Origin: Candidatus Deferrimicrobiaceae bacterium
Lineage (GTDB): Bacteria > Desulfobacterota > Deferrimicrobia > Deferrimicrobiales > Deferrimicrobiaceae
Assembly (NCBI GenBank): GCA_963792415.1
Contig: CAWBVY010000007.1
Coordinates: 96,001 to 160,000 of the forward strand
DNA: 64,000 nucleotides
Reading direction: 5' to 3'
Below, in pieces: positions 21,179 through 30,403 of the stretch (the stretch's first letter is position 1; each line of letters begins with the position of its first letter). The notes beneath the pieces were generated by a model that did no database searches, had not been told where the DNA came from, and saw only the letters and a program-made list of their open reading frames with translations. Made by a program: the position numbers and the translations under genes.

Positions 21179-22036
21179 TTATTCTCTCGGGCGGGCGCCC
21201 CGGTACAGTGCGGTGACGACGAAACAGGCCGCGGCGGCCAGGACGACGGTCGCGCCGGTCGCGGTGTCGAGATACCAGGAGGCGACGATCCCGGCGAACC
21301 CCGACAGCGCGGCGACCCCCACGGAGACCCAGAGGGCCGCGGCGGCCCCCCGGGCGACGTTGCGGGCGGCGGCGGCGGGGATGACGAGCAGGGCGGTGAC
21401 CAGGAGGATTCCCACGGCGTGGATCGCCGCGGTTACGACGAGGGCGACGACCAGCGCGAAGGAGATCTCCACGGCCGGCGCACGGGCTCCCTTCGTCCGG
21501 GCGAATCCCTCGTGGATCCCCAGCAGCAGGATGCGGTTGTAGAGGAGGGAGAGGAAGACGCATACGAGCAGGAAGAGACCGGCCATCCACAGAAGTTCGG
21601 CGTCGGTGACGGCGAGCGGGTCGCCGTACAGGAACGCCTGCAGGTTCCGCGTCAACCCCTTCTCCCTGCTGATGATCGCGATCCCGAGGGCGACGACGGT
21701 CGAGAAGAAGACCCCGATGACCGTATCCGAGGAGAGTTCGGTGCGTCCCCTGACCAGGGTAATGGCGACGGCGACGACGGCGCCGAAGGCGACCATCGTC
21801 CAGGAGGGGGAGATGCCGAGGAGGACCCCGAGGGCCACGCCGGTGAAGGCGGAATGACCGATCGCGTCGGAGAAGAAGGCCATCCGGTGCTGGACCAGGG
21901 GGACGCCGAGCGCGGCCGCGGCGGGGGCCGTGAGGAGCAGCGCGAGGAGCGCGCGCTTCATGAACGCCGGTTCCGCGAAGGCGAACGGGAGCAGCCGGTC
22001 CATCAGGGCGAACACGCCGGAGAGGACCGTTTCCAC
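21179..22036 (-). CDS. znuB: Zn/Mn ABC transporter permease
   Basis: MAFFSDAIGHSAFTGVALG, VGILLVTALLVIPAAAA. Confidence 0.85.
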   Translation of the reverse strand: METVLSGVFALMDRLLPFAFAEPAFMKRALLALLLTAPAAAALGVPLVQHRMAFFSDAIGHSAFTGVALGVLLGISPSWTMVAFGAVVAVAITLVRGRTELSSDTVIGVFFSTVVALGIAIISREKGLTRNLQAFLYGDPLAVTDAELLWMAGLFLLVCVFLSLLYNRILLLGIHEGFARTKGARAPAVEISFALVVALVVTAAIHAVGILLVTALLVIPAAAARNVARGAAAALWVSVGVAALSGFAGIVASWYLDTATGATVVLAAAACFVVTALYRGARPRE

Positions 22037-22042
22037 CGGACC

Positions 22043-22831
22043 TTATCTCCCCTCGTTGTCGTGCAGGTGCCCGTGTCCGTCCGCGTGGGAGTGGCGGAAC
22101 AGGTGGGCGTCGGCCCCGTACATCGCGGCCAGGCTCGAAGGGGTGAGCACCTCCGTGGTCGCGCCGCTGCATACGAGGCGACGATTCAGGCAGATCACCC
22201 GGTCGGCGTGGCGCGTCACGACCGACAGGTCGTGGCTCACCAGCAGCAGACTGAAGCGGGAGTCGCGGTGGACCTTGGAGAGGAAGTCGCAGAACTGCTC
22301 TTCCCCGGCGACGTCGACGCCCGAGACCGGCTCGTCGAGCAGCAGGATGTCGGGGGCGTCCCGCAGCGCGAGGGCGAACAGGACCCGCTGGAGCTCGCCG
22401 CCGGAGAGCCGACCCATGGGGCGTTGGAGGAGGTGAGCGACGCCGGCCCGCTCGAGGCTTTCCCGGGCGATCTCCCGGGTGCGGCGGGAGGCGCCGAGGA
22501 AGACGGGGCGGCGCTGGGCGGAGAGCGCGAAGAAGTCGAGCACCGTGATCGGCACGTCCGGATCCAGGGGGAGGCGCTGCGGGACGTACCCGATGCGGGG
22601 GGCGCCTTCGCCGTGCTCCACCGCGCGGCAGAAACGGATTTTTCCCGTGTATGGCACCTGGCCCAGGATCGCGAGGAGCAGGGTGGTCTTTCCCGCGCCG
22701 TTGGGGCCGATCAGGGCGGTGACCTCCCCGCACCGGAGGTCGGCGTCGATCCCCGAAAGGATCTCCACCCCTCCCTTCCGGACGGTCAGGTTGCGGATCT
22801 CGAGCGTGTGGGAATGTTCGCTTGCGGTCAT
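22043..22831 (-). CDS. znuC: Zn/Mn ABC transporter ATPase
   Basis: GPNGAGKT, GYVPQ, LSGGELQR, LLDEP; His-rich C-terminus. Confidence 0.85.
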   Translation of the reverse strand: MTASEHSHTLEIRNLTVRKGGVEILSGIDADLRCGEVTALIGPNGAGKTTLLLAILGQVPYTGKIRFCRAVEHGEGAPRIGYVPQRLPLDPDVPITVLDFFALSAQRRPVFLGASRRTREIARESLERAGVAHLLQRPMGRLSGGELQRVLFALALRDAPDILLLDEPVSGVDVAGEEQFCDFLSKVHRDSRFSLLLVSHDLSVVTRHADRVICLNRRLVCSGATTEVLTPSSLAAMYGADAHLFRHSHADGHGHLHDNEGR

Positions 22832-23712
22832 CGGGCCGACAGCGCCTCCTTGAGCGTGGAAAGGTTCCGCCGCATCGCGTCTTCGTACGCCGTGGTGGCC
22901 GGGGAACCGGTTGCGACGGGTTCCAGCATCCGCACGGGGACCCCCGCCTCCCTCGCCAGCGCCTCGGCGAGCTTGGGGGAGTATTGAGGCTCGGAGAAGA
23001 CCGCCGGGACCTTCCTCTCCCGGATCGTCCGCGCCAGATTCCTGATCTCCCCCGCCGACGGCTCCTGCCCCGGGGCCGTCTCGATCTCCCCGACCACGGT
23101 CAGGTCAAGGTCCCTCGCGAGATAGTCGAAAACGTTATGGAAGGTGACGATGTTCCTCCGCTGGAACGTCTTCGCCGCCGCCTCGAACTCCGCCGCCAGC
23201 GCCGACAGGCGGGAAACGTACGCATCGGCGTTGCGCCGGAAGGTGCCCGCGGCGGCGGGTCGCGCCGCGGAGAGCGCCTTCTCGATCTCCCGCACCTGGA
23301 GGATCGCGTTCCGGGGGGAGACCCAGGTGTGCGGGTTGACGTCCCCGGAACCGTCGTGTCCCCCGCGGATGGGGCGGACCCCGCGCGCGGTTTCCACGAT
23401 CCGGATCCCCGGGTTCGCCCGCCGGACCGGTTCCCCGAGGAACTCCTCCATCCCGAACCCGTTCGCCACGAAGAGATCGGCGGAGGCGATCTTCTTCATG
23501 TCGCCGGGGGTGAGGGCGTAGTCGTGCGGACACCCCATCGATGCGGGGAGCATCGATTCGACGGTGACGCCCGGCGTGTCACCGACCACGTTCCGGGTGA
23601 AGATCTCCATCGGCAGGAAGGAGGTCAGGACGCGCAACGGGTCGCCGGCCCCGGCGGAAGGGGCGGACGCGAGCAGGAAGACGATGGAAAAACCGACGGC
23701 GAGCCGCTGCAC
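22828..23712 (-). CDS. znuA: Zn/Mn ABC transporter substrate-binding protein
   Basis: Signal peptide; CPHDY, NPHTWVSP, TFHNVFDY; GTG start after GAAAGGA. Confidence 0.85.
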   Translation of the reverse strand: MQRLAVGFSIVFLLASAPSAGAGDPLRVLTSFLPMEIFTRNVVGDTPGVTVESMLPASMGCPHDYALTPGDMKKIASADLFVANGFGMEEFLGEPVRRANPGIRIVETARGVRPIRGGHDGSGDVNPHTWVSPRNAILQVREIEKALSAARPAAAGTFRRNADAYVSRLSALAAEFEAAAKTFQRRNIVTFHNVFDYLARDLDLTVVGEIETAPGQEPSAGEIRNLARTIRERKVPAVFSEPQYSPKLAEALAREAGVPVRMLEPVATGSPATTAYEDAMRRNLSTLKEALSAR

Positions 23713-23744
23713 CAGGATCGGATTCCTTTCTCGATGCGTCCTTA

Positions 23745-23763
23745 TGGAATATATTGTATTCCC
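23745..23763. promoter_or_regulatory. AT-rich palindrome upstream of znuA (candidate Zur/Fur-family box)
   Basis: GGAATA-N5-TATTCC inverted repeat. Confidence 0.4.
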
Positions 23764-23859
23764 ACGGCATTCGCAATTTTCGGGTAAAAACGTTTTCCGG
23801 GGTCCCCGCATCTAAGGGGAACAGGGCGGAAGGTAAAAGCCCGTCAGGAGGAAGAAGCG

Positions 23860-24417
23860 ATGCTCGGTTCGAGTCGGATGTTTTGGCTTGCGATCGGGGT
23901 TCTGGTGACGATCGCCGTTCCCGGGGGAGCGGCGATTGGTGGGACGGCGGGACCGGTTCTGCTGGCGGAGATGGATGGGGGAGGAAACGGCGACACGAAT
24001 ATCGACCTGGCCGTCCGGCAGGTGACGGTCACGCCGGTGCGCGCCCATGTCGGCGACATCATCCACGTCGAAGTGCTGATCGAGAACAAGTTCGAGGGTT
24101 CACGGACCACGCCCGCCGAACTGCTGGTCAACGGGAAGGTGGTGGCGTCGCATCTCTTCACCTGGGGGAGGTCCGCCGGAGATCGGCTGCACCAGGTGTC
24201 GTTCGACTGGGACACCCGGAAGGTCCCCCCCGGCGAGTACCGGATCGGGGGCCAGGCCTTCGTCTGGGAGGATTCGTCCCCCTTCGATAACCGGTTGGAT
24301 GTGAAGCAACCGGTGCAGATCGCGCCGGCCGGCGGCGCATTCCCCGGGGGGGAAGCGGCGGGCGGCAGCGCGACGGAGACGGATCCACGGTTCGGGAAAC
24401 CGGGCGCCGGCGGATAA
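23860..24417 (+). CDS. Secreted CARDB/Ig-like domain protein
   Basis: Signal peptide; IDLAV..VTVTP...VGD.I.VEV.IEN...FDWDT...G.Y.I...DN pattern. Confidence 0.55.
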   Translation: MLGSSRMFWLAIGVLVTIAVPGGAAIGGTAGPVLLAEMDGGGNGDTNIDLAVRQVTVTPVRAHVGDIIHVEVLIENKFEGSRTTPAELLVNGKVVASHLFTWGRSAGDRLHQVSFDWDTRKVPPGEYRIGGQAFVWEDSSPFDNRLDVKQPVQIAPAGGAFPGGEAAGGSATETDPRFGKPGAGG

Positions 24418-24542
24418 CGTCGTTTCCTTTTCGGCACCCCTCTTGCGTTTGATCCGGCTGCAGAAGGCTACCCGATGCTTTCGGATAGCCTTCTGCATTT
24501 CGGGCGAGGTTTTTTTCTTCACGAAGGAACCTTCCTGCTACA

Positions 24543-25295
24543 ATGGCGCGGGGAGGGTTCTTGGCGTTCTACACGGATATCAGCCTGGTCTACGACGATC
24601 TGTTCCCGGTGTCTTCGGAGCAGCGCGCCCTTTTCGACTCCCTGATGGATGACGGCGGGGCGCGCTCCGTCGTCGACTGCGGGTGCGGGACGGGATCGCA
24701 GCTCCAGCCGTTCGCCGTCGCGGGTCTTTCCTGCTTCGGGTTCGACCCCGATCCGTCGCTGGTCGCCATCGCCCGGCGAAAACTCGCCGCGTACCCGAAA
24801 ACCCGGGTCGAGACGGGATCGTTCGCGGACCTGCCGGGGAATATCCCGTTTCCCCCGGATCTCCTGATGTGTCTCGGCAACTCGCTGGTCCACGTTCCGC
24901 AGGACGAGACGTTGCGATTCTTCGCGGACGCCGCCGCGGCGCTTTCCCGTTCCGGCACGCTGCTGCTCCAGATCCTGAACTACGAGCGGCTCCTGCGCGA
25001 GGGAGTGACCGAACTGCCGATGATTTGCGCGTCCGAAGGGACGGTGGAGTTCCGGCGGAAGTACGAGTGGGAGGGCGACCGCAGGGTCCTCTTCCGGACC
25101 TCCCTCCGGTTCGCCGGCGCGGACGGGCCGCGGATCGTACGAAACGAGATCCCCCTGTACCCGGTCTACCCCGAAGAGCTCTGGGAGATGCTGGCGAACG
25201 CCGGGTTCGGGGACATCCGTTTCTACGGGGATTTCGCGCGGTCCGAATTTTCCCCCGGGTCCGAGGCGCTGGTATGCCTGGCGAGGAAAGCGTGA
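24543..25295 (+). CDS. Class I SAM-dependent methyltransferase (glycine/sarcosine N-methyltransferase-like)
   Basis: VVDCGCGTG motif I; CLGNSLVH. Confidence 0.8.
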   Translation: MARGGFLAFYTDISLVYDDLFPVSSEQRALFDSLMDDGGARSVVDCGCGTGSQLQPFAVAGLSCFGFDPDPSLVAIARRKLAAYPKTRVETGSFADLPGNIPFPPDLLMCLGNSLVHVPQDETLRFFADAAAALSRSGTLLLQILNYERLLREGVTELPMICASEGTVEFRRKYEWEGDRRVLFRTSLRFAGADGPRIVRNEIPLYPVYPEELWEMLANAGFGDIRFYGDFARSEFSPGSEALVCLARKA

Positions 25296-26731
25296 CCCGG
25301 CGCGAGGGCCGGAAGGCACTCCGCCGGATCGCGGCGGCCGGTATCGTCCTGATCGCCGGTTGGGCGCTGGCAACGGCGGTCGTGGCCGCGAACCGCCACG
25401 AGCTTCCCCCCCCGACCCGCTCCGCGCCCGATTCCGGCGGGAACGCGTTCGACCACGGGTTCACCCCGGCGGATCTCCACACGCTCCTGCAGGCCGGGCG
25501 GCCGGACGGCCTCCTTCCGAACGGGAACCGCGTGGCGCTCTCCCTGAGCGAGGAACTCCAGGCGCAGATCTTCGACCTGTTCCGGCGGTTCGACCCCCTG
25601 TTCGGCGTGTTCGCCGCGATGGAGCCGGACACCGGGCGCGTGGTCGCACTCGTCGGGTACCGCCGGGGGGGCGAGTCCGACCCGTGGCTGCCGTTGAAGG
25701 CGATCTACCCCGCCGCCTCCCTGATCAAGGTGATCACCGCTTCCGCCGCCATCGAGCGGGGGAACGTTTCCCCCCAGGACGAGATCAGCTACCGCGGCGG
25801 GATCTACGGAATCTCCCGCCGCGGGATCCACGCACGGGACGGCAGGGGGTTCCCGAAGATGACCCTCGAGGAGGCGATCGCCCGCTCCGCCAACGCCGTG
25901 TTCGGGAAGGTCGCGGTCAATGACGTCGGCGGGGCGGTGCTCGAGGAGTACCTGGCCAAGTTCGGATTCGGCGCGAGGATCCCCTTCGACCTCCCTGTGG
26001 AGACGAGCCATGGGCAGGTGCCGAGGGAGGAATTCGAGCTCGCCCGCACCGGCGCGGGGTTCGGCGAGGTGTACATCTCCCCGCTCCACATGGCGATGAT
26101 CATGTCCGCGATCGCTTCGGGCGGCGCCATGCCTCGTCCCGTCCTGATCGACCGGATCGAGGACAGCGACGGGATGCCGTTGTACGAGTCCTCCCCGATG
26201 AAATGGCGGGACACGGTTCTCCCCGAGACGGCGAACGCCGTCGTCCGGATGATGGTGAAAACCGTCGAGATGGGGACGTCGCGCCGGACGTTCGGGACCC
26301 CCGAGGCGACCCCGCTCCTGCATGACATGGACGTCGCTGCGAAGACCGGGTCGCTCTCCGGGTGGACGCCGAGCGTCCACTTCGAATGGTTTGCCGGGGT
26401 CGCGCCCGTCGGGTCGCCGCGGCTGGCGCTGGCGGCCCTGGTGGTCAACGACGGCCGCTGGAAGATCAAGGGAAGCTACGTCGGGAAGGAGGCGTTCAAC
26501 TCCTACTTCGGGTACCCCTCGTCGATGCCACCCGTTTACTCGAAGGCGCGAGGGACCCGGAAGTGGACCCGGCCGGCCCGCACGAGGAAGAAGGGGGCGC
26601 CGACGGTCAAGGCGAAGTCGAAGAAGGGCGGGAAAGCGGCGAGGACCCGGAAGCGCGCCCCCGCGAAGACCACGCTGAAGGGCAGGGGGAAGCCCACGGC
26701 CGTCAGCTCTTCCTCAGGGTCCGGCGGGTAG
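25292..26731 (+). CDS. Penicillin-binding protein, transpeptidase domain only, with Lys/Arg-rich tail
   Basis: ASLIK (SxxK), SAN (SxN), KTG; N-terminal TM helix. Confidence 0.85.
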   Translation: MTRREGRKALRRIAAAGIVLIAGWALATAVVAANRHELPPPTRSAPDSGGNAFDHGFTPADLHTLLQAGRPDGLLPNGNRVALSLSEELQAQIFDLFRRFDPLFGVFAAMEPDTGRVVALVGYRRGGESDPWLPLKAIYPAASLIKVITASAAIERGNVSPQDEISYRGGIYGISRRGIHARDGRGFPKMTLEEAIARSANAVFGKVAVNDVGGAVLEEYLAKFGFGARIPFDLPVETSHGQVPREEFELARTGAGFGEVYISPLHMAMIMSAIASGGAMPRPVLIDRIEDSDGMPLYESSPMKWRDTVLPETANAVVRMMVKTVEMGTSRRTFGTPEATPLLHDMDVAAKTGSLSGWTPSVHFEWFAGVAPVGSPRLALAALVVNDGRWKIKGSYVGKEAFNSYFGYPSSMPPVYSKARGTRKWTRPARTRKKGAPTVKAKSKKGGKAARTRKRAPAKTTLKGRGKPTAVSSSSGSGG

Positions 26732-26744
26732 CGCCCCGGGATCG

Positions 26745-27731
26745 ATGGAATTCCACCGCGTCATCGCCGCGCGGCAAAGCCTGCGCGCGTTCTCCCAACG
26801 TCCCGTCGAGACGGAAAAGATCGAGCGGATGCTCGACGCGGCGCGCTGGTCCCCCTCGTGCGCCAACCGACAGCCGTGGCGGTTCGTCGTGGTGGGGGTG
26901 GACGCACCGTCCCGCTCGGCGGTCGAGGAGGCCCTCGACCCGGGCAACGCCTGGGCGAGACGCGCCCCGGTACTGATCGCGGCGGGAGCGCGGCGGGAGG
27001 ACGCCGCCGCCGTCGAGTCCAGGGACTACTTTCTTCTCGACACCGGAATGGCGCTCATGTCCCTTCTCTATCGCGCGGTCGACCAGGGGTTGCTGGTCCA
27101 CCCGATGGCGGGGTGGAAGGAGGGACCGCTGCGGGCCGCCCTCGGGCTTCCTGAGGATTTTACCCCGGCGGCCGTCGTCGCCGTCGGCTACGCCGGGAAG
27201 AGCGGGGACCTCGACGAGGCGGCGCGGACGAAGGACGGGAAGCCCCGGACGCGCAAGTCCCTCGGGGAGATCGCCTTCCGTTCGCGGTGGGGGGAGCCGA
27301 TCGGGGCGACGCTGCCTTCCCTGCCCGCGAAGGTGTACGAGACCGAGCTGCAGCTTCGCTTCGGCGACACCGACGCGATGGGTCACGTGAACAACGCGAA
27401 GGTCCTCACCTACCTCGAGCTGGGCCGGATGCGGTTCTTCGCGGAGGTGATGAGGGCGGAGCGGGTGGAGGATATCCGGTTCATCCTCGCCGAGGTCACC
27501 TGCCGCTATCGGATCCCCATCCTGCTTCACGATCGCGTCTTCGTGCGGATGCACATCACCGACGTCCACCGGTCCTCCTTCCGGTTCCGCTGCGCCCTGT
27601 ACGATCCCCGGGACGGCCGCGTTTTCGTCGAGGCGGAGACCGTCCAGGTGACGTACGACTACACGACGGGGCGGCCCGTCCCCATCGACGCCGACTTCCT
27701 CGCCAGGGTCCGGGATTATATCGGGGGCTGA
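26745..27731 (+). CDS. Nitroreductase-family / 4HBT-YbgC thioesterase fusion protein
   Basis: N-half RQSLRAF...SPSCANRQPWRF...RTRK; C-half RFGDTDAMGHVNNAKVLTYLELGR. Confidence 0.85.
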   Translation: MEFHRVIAARQSLRAFSQRPVETEKIERMLDAARWSPSCANRQPWRFVVVGVDAPSRSAVEEALDPGNAWARRAPVLIAAGARREDAAAVESRDYFLLDTGMALMSLLYRAVDQGLLVHPMAGWKEGPLRAALGLPEDFTPAAVVAVGYAGKSGDLDEAARTKDGKPRTRKSLGEIAFRSRWGEPIGATLPSLPAKVYETELQLRFGDTDAMGHVNNAKVLTYLELGRMRFFAEVMRAERVEDIRFILAEVTCRYRIPILLHDRVFVRMHITDVHRSSFRFRCALYDPRDGRVFVEAETVQVTYDYTTGRPVPIDADFLARVRDYIGG

Positions 27732-27736
27732 GCGGC

Positions 27737-28300
27737 TCAGCCCCCCGTGTGTCCGCGCGAGTTGCTCGGGAGGCGGCCGAGCAGGTCAAGCGTCACGGCG
27801 AGGTTGACATGCGACTCCACGTGGCCGGGGAGCAGGGGCGTGGCCCGTCGGAAGGCGTCCGCCGCATCGGCGTACCGGCGGCACTGCGCGAACGCCATCC
27901 CGAGATTGAACCTCGGAAGGGAGAAATCCTCGCGCAGCCGGGCGGCGACGGAAAGCGCCTCGATCCCTTCGTCGTGCCGGCCCAGGCGGAACAGGGCCAC
28001 CCCGAGACTGTTGTGCGCCCTCGCGTATCCCGGCCGGGCCTTCGTCGCTCCCCGGAGCGCCTCGGCCGCCGCCTCGTTGCTCCCCTGCCGAAGGAGGAGG
28101 ACCCCGAGAGAGAAGAGGGACGCCGCGTGTTCCGGATCGTGGGAGGCCGCCTCCCGGAACGTCCCGGCCGCCTGTTGTTCCCGCCCGAGGGCAAGAAAAG
28201 CGATCCCGAGATTGAAGTGGGTCCGCGCGTGTCCCGGCTCCCGCCGGACGACTTCGCGGAACGTGCGCGCCGCCTCCTCGATGGGAAGGTTCTCCGGCAT
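27737..28300 (-). CDS. Tetratricopeptide repeat protein
   Basis: About five TPR repeats (HFNLGIA, FSLGVL, HNSLGVAL, FNLGMA, HVNLAV). Confidence 0.8.
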   Translation of the reverse strand: MPENLPIEEAARTFREVVRREPGHARTHFNLGIAFLALGREQQAAGTFREAASHDPEHAASLFSLGVLLLRQGSNEAAAEALRGATKARPGYARAHNSLGVALFRLGRHDEGIEALSVAARLREDFSLPRFNLGMAFAQCRRYADAADAFRRATPLLPGHVESHVNLAVTLDLLGRLPSNSRGHTGG

Positions 28301-28361
28301 TCCGTGATTCGTAGTTTACCCCGTGGAGGTGCCTCCCGCCAGAAGGTGCGATAATCGGAAG

Positions 28362-29258
28362 ATGCGATCTCCGAGCCGCTTCCGCTTGGTTCTTGCCGGT
28401 CTCGCCGTTTTTACGCTCGCCCTCGCGGCATGGGTCGGCGTGTCGATCCTCACCCTTCCGTCCGTCGCACCCCTTGCGAAGCCGGGCGTTTCGATGACGA
28501 TCACCGTGAAAGACTGGCATCGGAAGGATCACCCTTTCGTGGTCGGGCCGAGGAATCCGCGGTGGACGCCGTACGGGGCGATCCCCGCCGCACTGAAGAA
28601 GGCGGTCGTCGCCTCGGAGGACGCCAACTTCTACAGGCACGAGGGGGTGGACTACGAGGCGATCCGGGAGGCGATCAAGGCCGACTGGCGGAAGGGGAAG
28701 TTCGTCCACGGCGGGAGCACGATCACGCAGCAGCTGGCGAAAAACCTCTTCCTGACCCGGGAGAAGACGTTGATCCGGAAGGTCAAGGAGCTGGTGCTTG
28801 CGCGGCGACTCGACGACGCCTTGTCGAAATCGCGAATCCTCGAGCTGTACCTCAACGTGGTGGAACTCGGGCCGATGGTGTACGGGATCGGCCACGCGGC
28901 GCACTACTACTACGGGAAGCCTCCCTCCGCGATGACCGTGCGGGAGTGCGCGTTCCTCGCCGCGATGCTCCCCGGCCCGAAAATCTACAACCCGTACCGG
29001 AAGATGGACCGGGTGGTGCGGCGGTCCGACCGGATCCTGCGCCGGATGGTCTCCGCGCGGATGATCTCGCGGGAGGAGTACGACGCGGCGATGGCGGAGG
29101 TCCCGAACCTCGAGGGGCTCGCGCGGAAGGTGGAGAAGACGCTCGATACCCCGCCCCCCGAGGAGAATCCCCCCGGGGAGACTTCCGGCGGCGGACCCGC
29201 GATCCTCGAGGAATCGCCGGCTCCCCCGCCGGGGGAGTCCCCGAAAAACATATATTGA
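28362..29258 (+). CDS. Monofunctional peptidoglycan transglycosylase (MtgA-like)
   Basis: SEDANFYRHEGVD, GGSTITQQLAKNLFL, RKVKE, KSRILELYLN GT51 motifs; N-terminal TM helix. Confidence 0.88.
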   Translation: MRSPSRFRLVLAGLAVFTLALAAWVGVSILTLPSVAPLAKPGVSMTITVKDWHRKDHPFVVGPRNPRWTPYGAIPAALKKAVVASEDANFYRHEGVDYEAIREAIKADWRKGKFVHGGSTITQQLAKNLFLTREKTLIRKVKELVLARRLDDALSKSRILELYLNVVELGPMVYGIGHAAHYYYGKPPSAMTVRECAFLAAMLPGPKIYNPYRKMDRVVRRSDRILRRMVSARMISREEYDAAMAEVPNLEGLARKVEKTLDTPPPEENPPGETSGGGPAILEESPAPPPGESPKNIY

Positions 29259-29304
29259 CATCGGTCGATTGATTTATATAATTGTTTCATAGTAGTGAAA
29301 TAAT
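29255..29304 (+). promoter_or_regulatory. sigma70 promoter with overlapping ArsR-type operator
   Basis: TTGACA (29255-29260), 16 bp, TATAAT (29277-29282); inverted repeat ATTGTTTCA-N6-TGAAATAAT (29281-29304). Confidence 0.7.
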
Positions 29305-29337
29305 GAAATAAAGCGCTGGCGACCGAAAGAGGGAAAA

Positions 29338-29685
29338 ATGGAAAAGACGAACGTTTTCGAACTGCATGCGGATCTCTGCAAGACGCTGTCGAACCCGAAG
29401 CGCCTCATGATCCTCGCTCTCCTCGCGAGGAAGGAGATGAGCGTCGGCGAAATCGCGGAGGTCATCTCGGTCCCCCTTTCCAACGTGAGCCAGCACCTGT
29501 CGCTGTTGAAGGCGCAGGGCCTGGTGCACGGGCGAAAGGAGGGGCAGGTCGTCCACTACAACATCACCGATCGCAGGATCATCCAGGCCTGCACGCTCAT
29601 CCGGTCCGTACTGCTGGACAGGATGAAGGAGCGTGGGCAGGTCGCGCAGGAAATCGACCCCCGGTACGTCGTGGCCTCCGCATAG
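29338..29685 (+). CDS. ArsR/SmtB-family repressor
   Basis: KTLSNPKRLMIL, VGEIAE...SNVSQHLSLLK...GRKEGQVVHY. Confidence 0.9.
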   Translation: MEKTNVFELHADLCKTLSNPKRLMILALLARKEMSVGEIAEVISVPLSNVSQHLSLLKAQGLVHGRKEGQVVHYNITDRRIIQACTLIRSVLLDRMKERGQVAQEIDPRYVVASA

Positions 29686-29731
29686 GCGGCCACCGGATCC
29701 CATCCCGAGCGAAGAAGAAGGAGGGAACATC

Positions 29732-29983
29732 ATGGCTCTGGACCTATCGACCCTGAAAGTGGACAAGACGATCGACGCGCGGGCCACCGCCTGCCCCGGA
29801 CCGCTTCTCGATGCCAAGCGGGCCATCGCGGCGATTCCGGTGGGCGGCGTTCTCGAAGTGATGTCCTCCGACGAGGGGACCAAGGAGGACATCCCCCTCT
29901 GGGCGAAGAAGGTGGGGCACGACTTCCTCGGCGACGTCGAGGAGGCCGGCTACTGGCGGCTGTTCGTGAAGCGGGGCAAGTAG
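29732..29983 (+). CDS. TusA/SirA-family sulfur carrier
   Basis: IDARATACPGP (CPxP), DIPLWAKKVGH. Confidence 0.88.
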   Translation: MALDLSTLKVDKTIDARATACPGPLLDAKRAIAAIPVGGVLEVMSSDEGTKEDIPLWAKKVGHDFLGDVEEAGYWRLFVKRGK

Positions 29984-30391
29984 GTGGCCGTGGCCGCGCC
30001 CCTCGGGGGGACCCGTCCGAAGATACTGGTCTTCTCGACGAACAACATCTCCGACCCGGGGATCGACCTGGCGGGGAGTCAGCACATGAACTACTCCCCC
30101 TCCGTCAAGGTAATCAGCGTACCGTGCTCCGCAGGCATCAACCCGAGCTGGGTTCTCCACGCGCTGGAGGCCGGGTTCGACGGGGTCTTCATCGCCGCGG
30201 ACGGGGGCGACTGCGCCTACCTCCCCGACTGCACGACCCGGACCGCCCGGATCGCCGAAAGGGCGCAGGGGATGGTGAAGGAGCGCGGGAAGGACCCGCG
30301 GCGGGTGAAGATGGCCGCGATCTGCTCCGTCTGCTCCGAACCGTTCGTGTCGCACATGCGGCAGTTCACCGAGGCATTGAGCAAACTGTAA
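29984..30391 (+). CDS. MvhD-like iron-sulfur subunit with a non-canonical Cys pattern
   Basis: DLAG...Y...VKVISVPCS...ALEAGFDGVFIAA..GDCAY MvhD pattern; C-terminal ICSVC. Confidence 0.75.
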   Translation: MAVAAPLGGTRPKILVFSTNNISDPGIDLAGSQHMNYSPSVKVISVPCSAGINPSWVLHALEAGFDGVFIAADGGDCAYLPDCTTRTARIAERAQGMVKERGKDPRRVKMAAICSVCSEPFVSHMRQFTEALSKL

Positions 30392-30403
30392 AGCGGAGAT
30401 CTC

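Noticed and set aside
29981-29986. TusA TAG directly followed in frame by the MvhD GTG (possible amber readthrough fusion)
   Set aside because: TusA ends at its normal C-terminus (FVKRGK); no pyrrolysine context or supporting structure. Ordinary tight coupling explains it.
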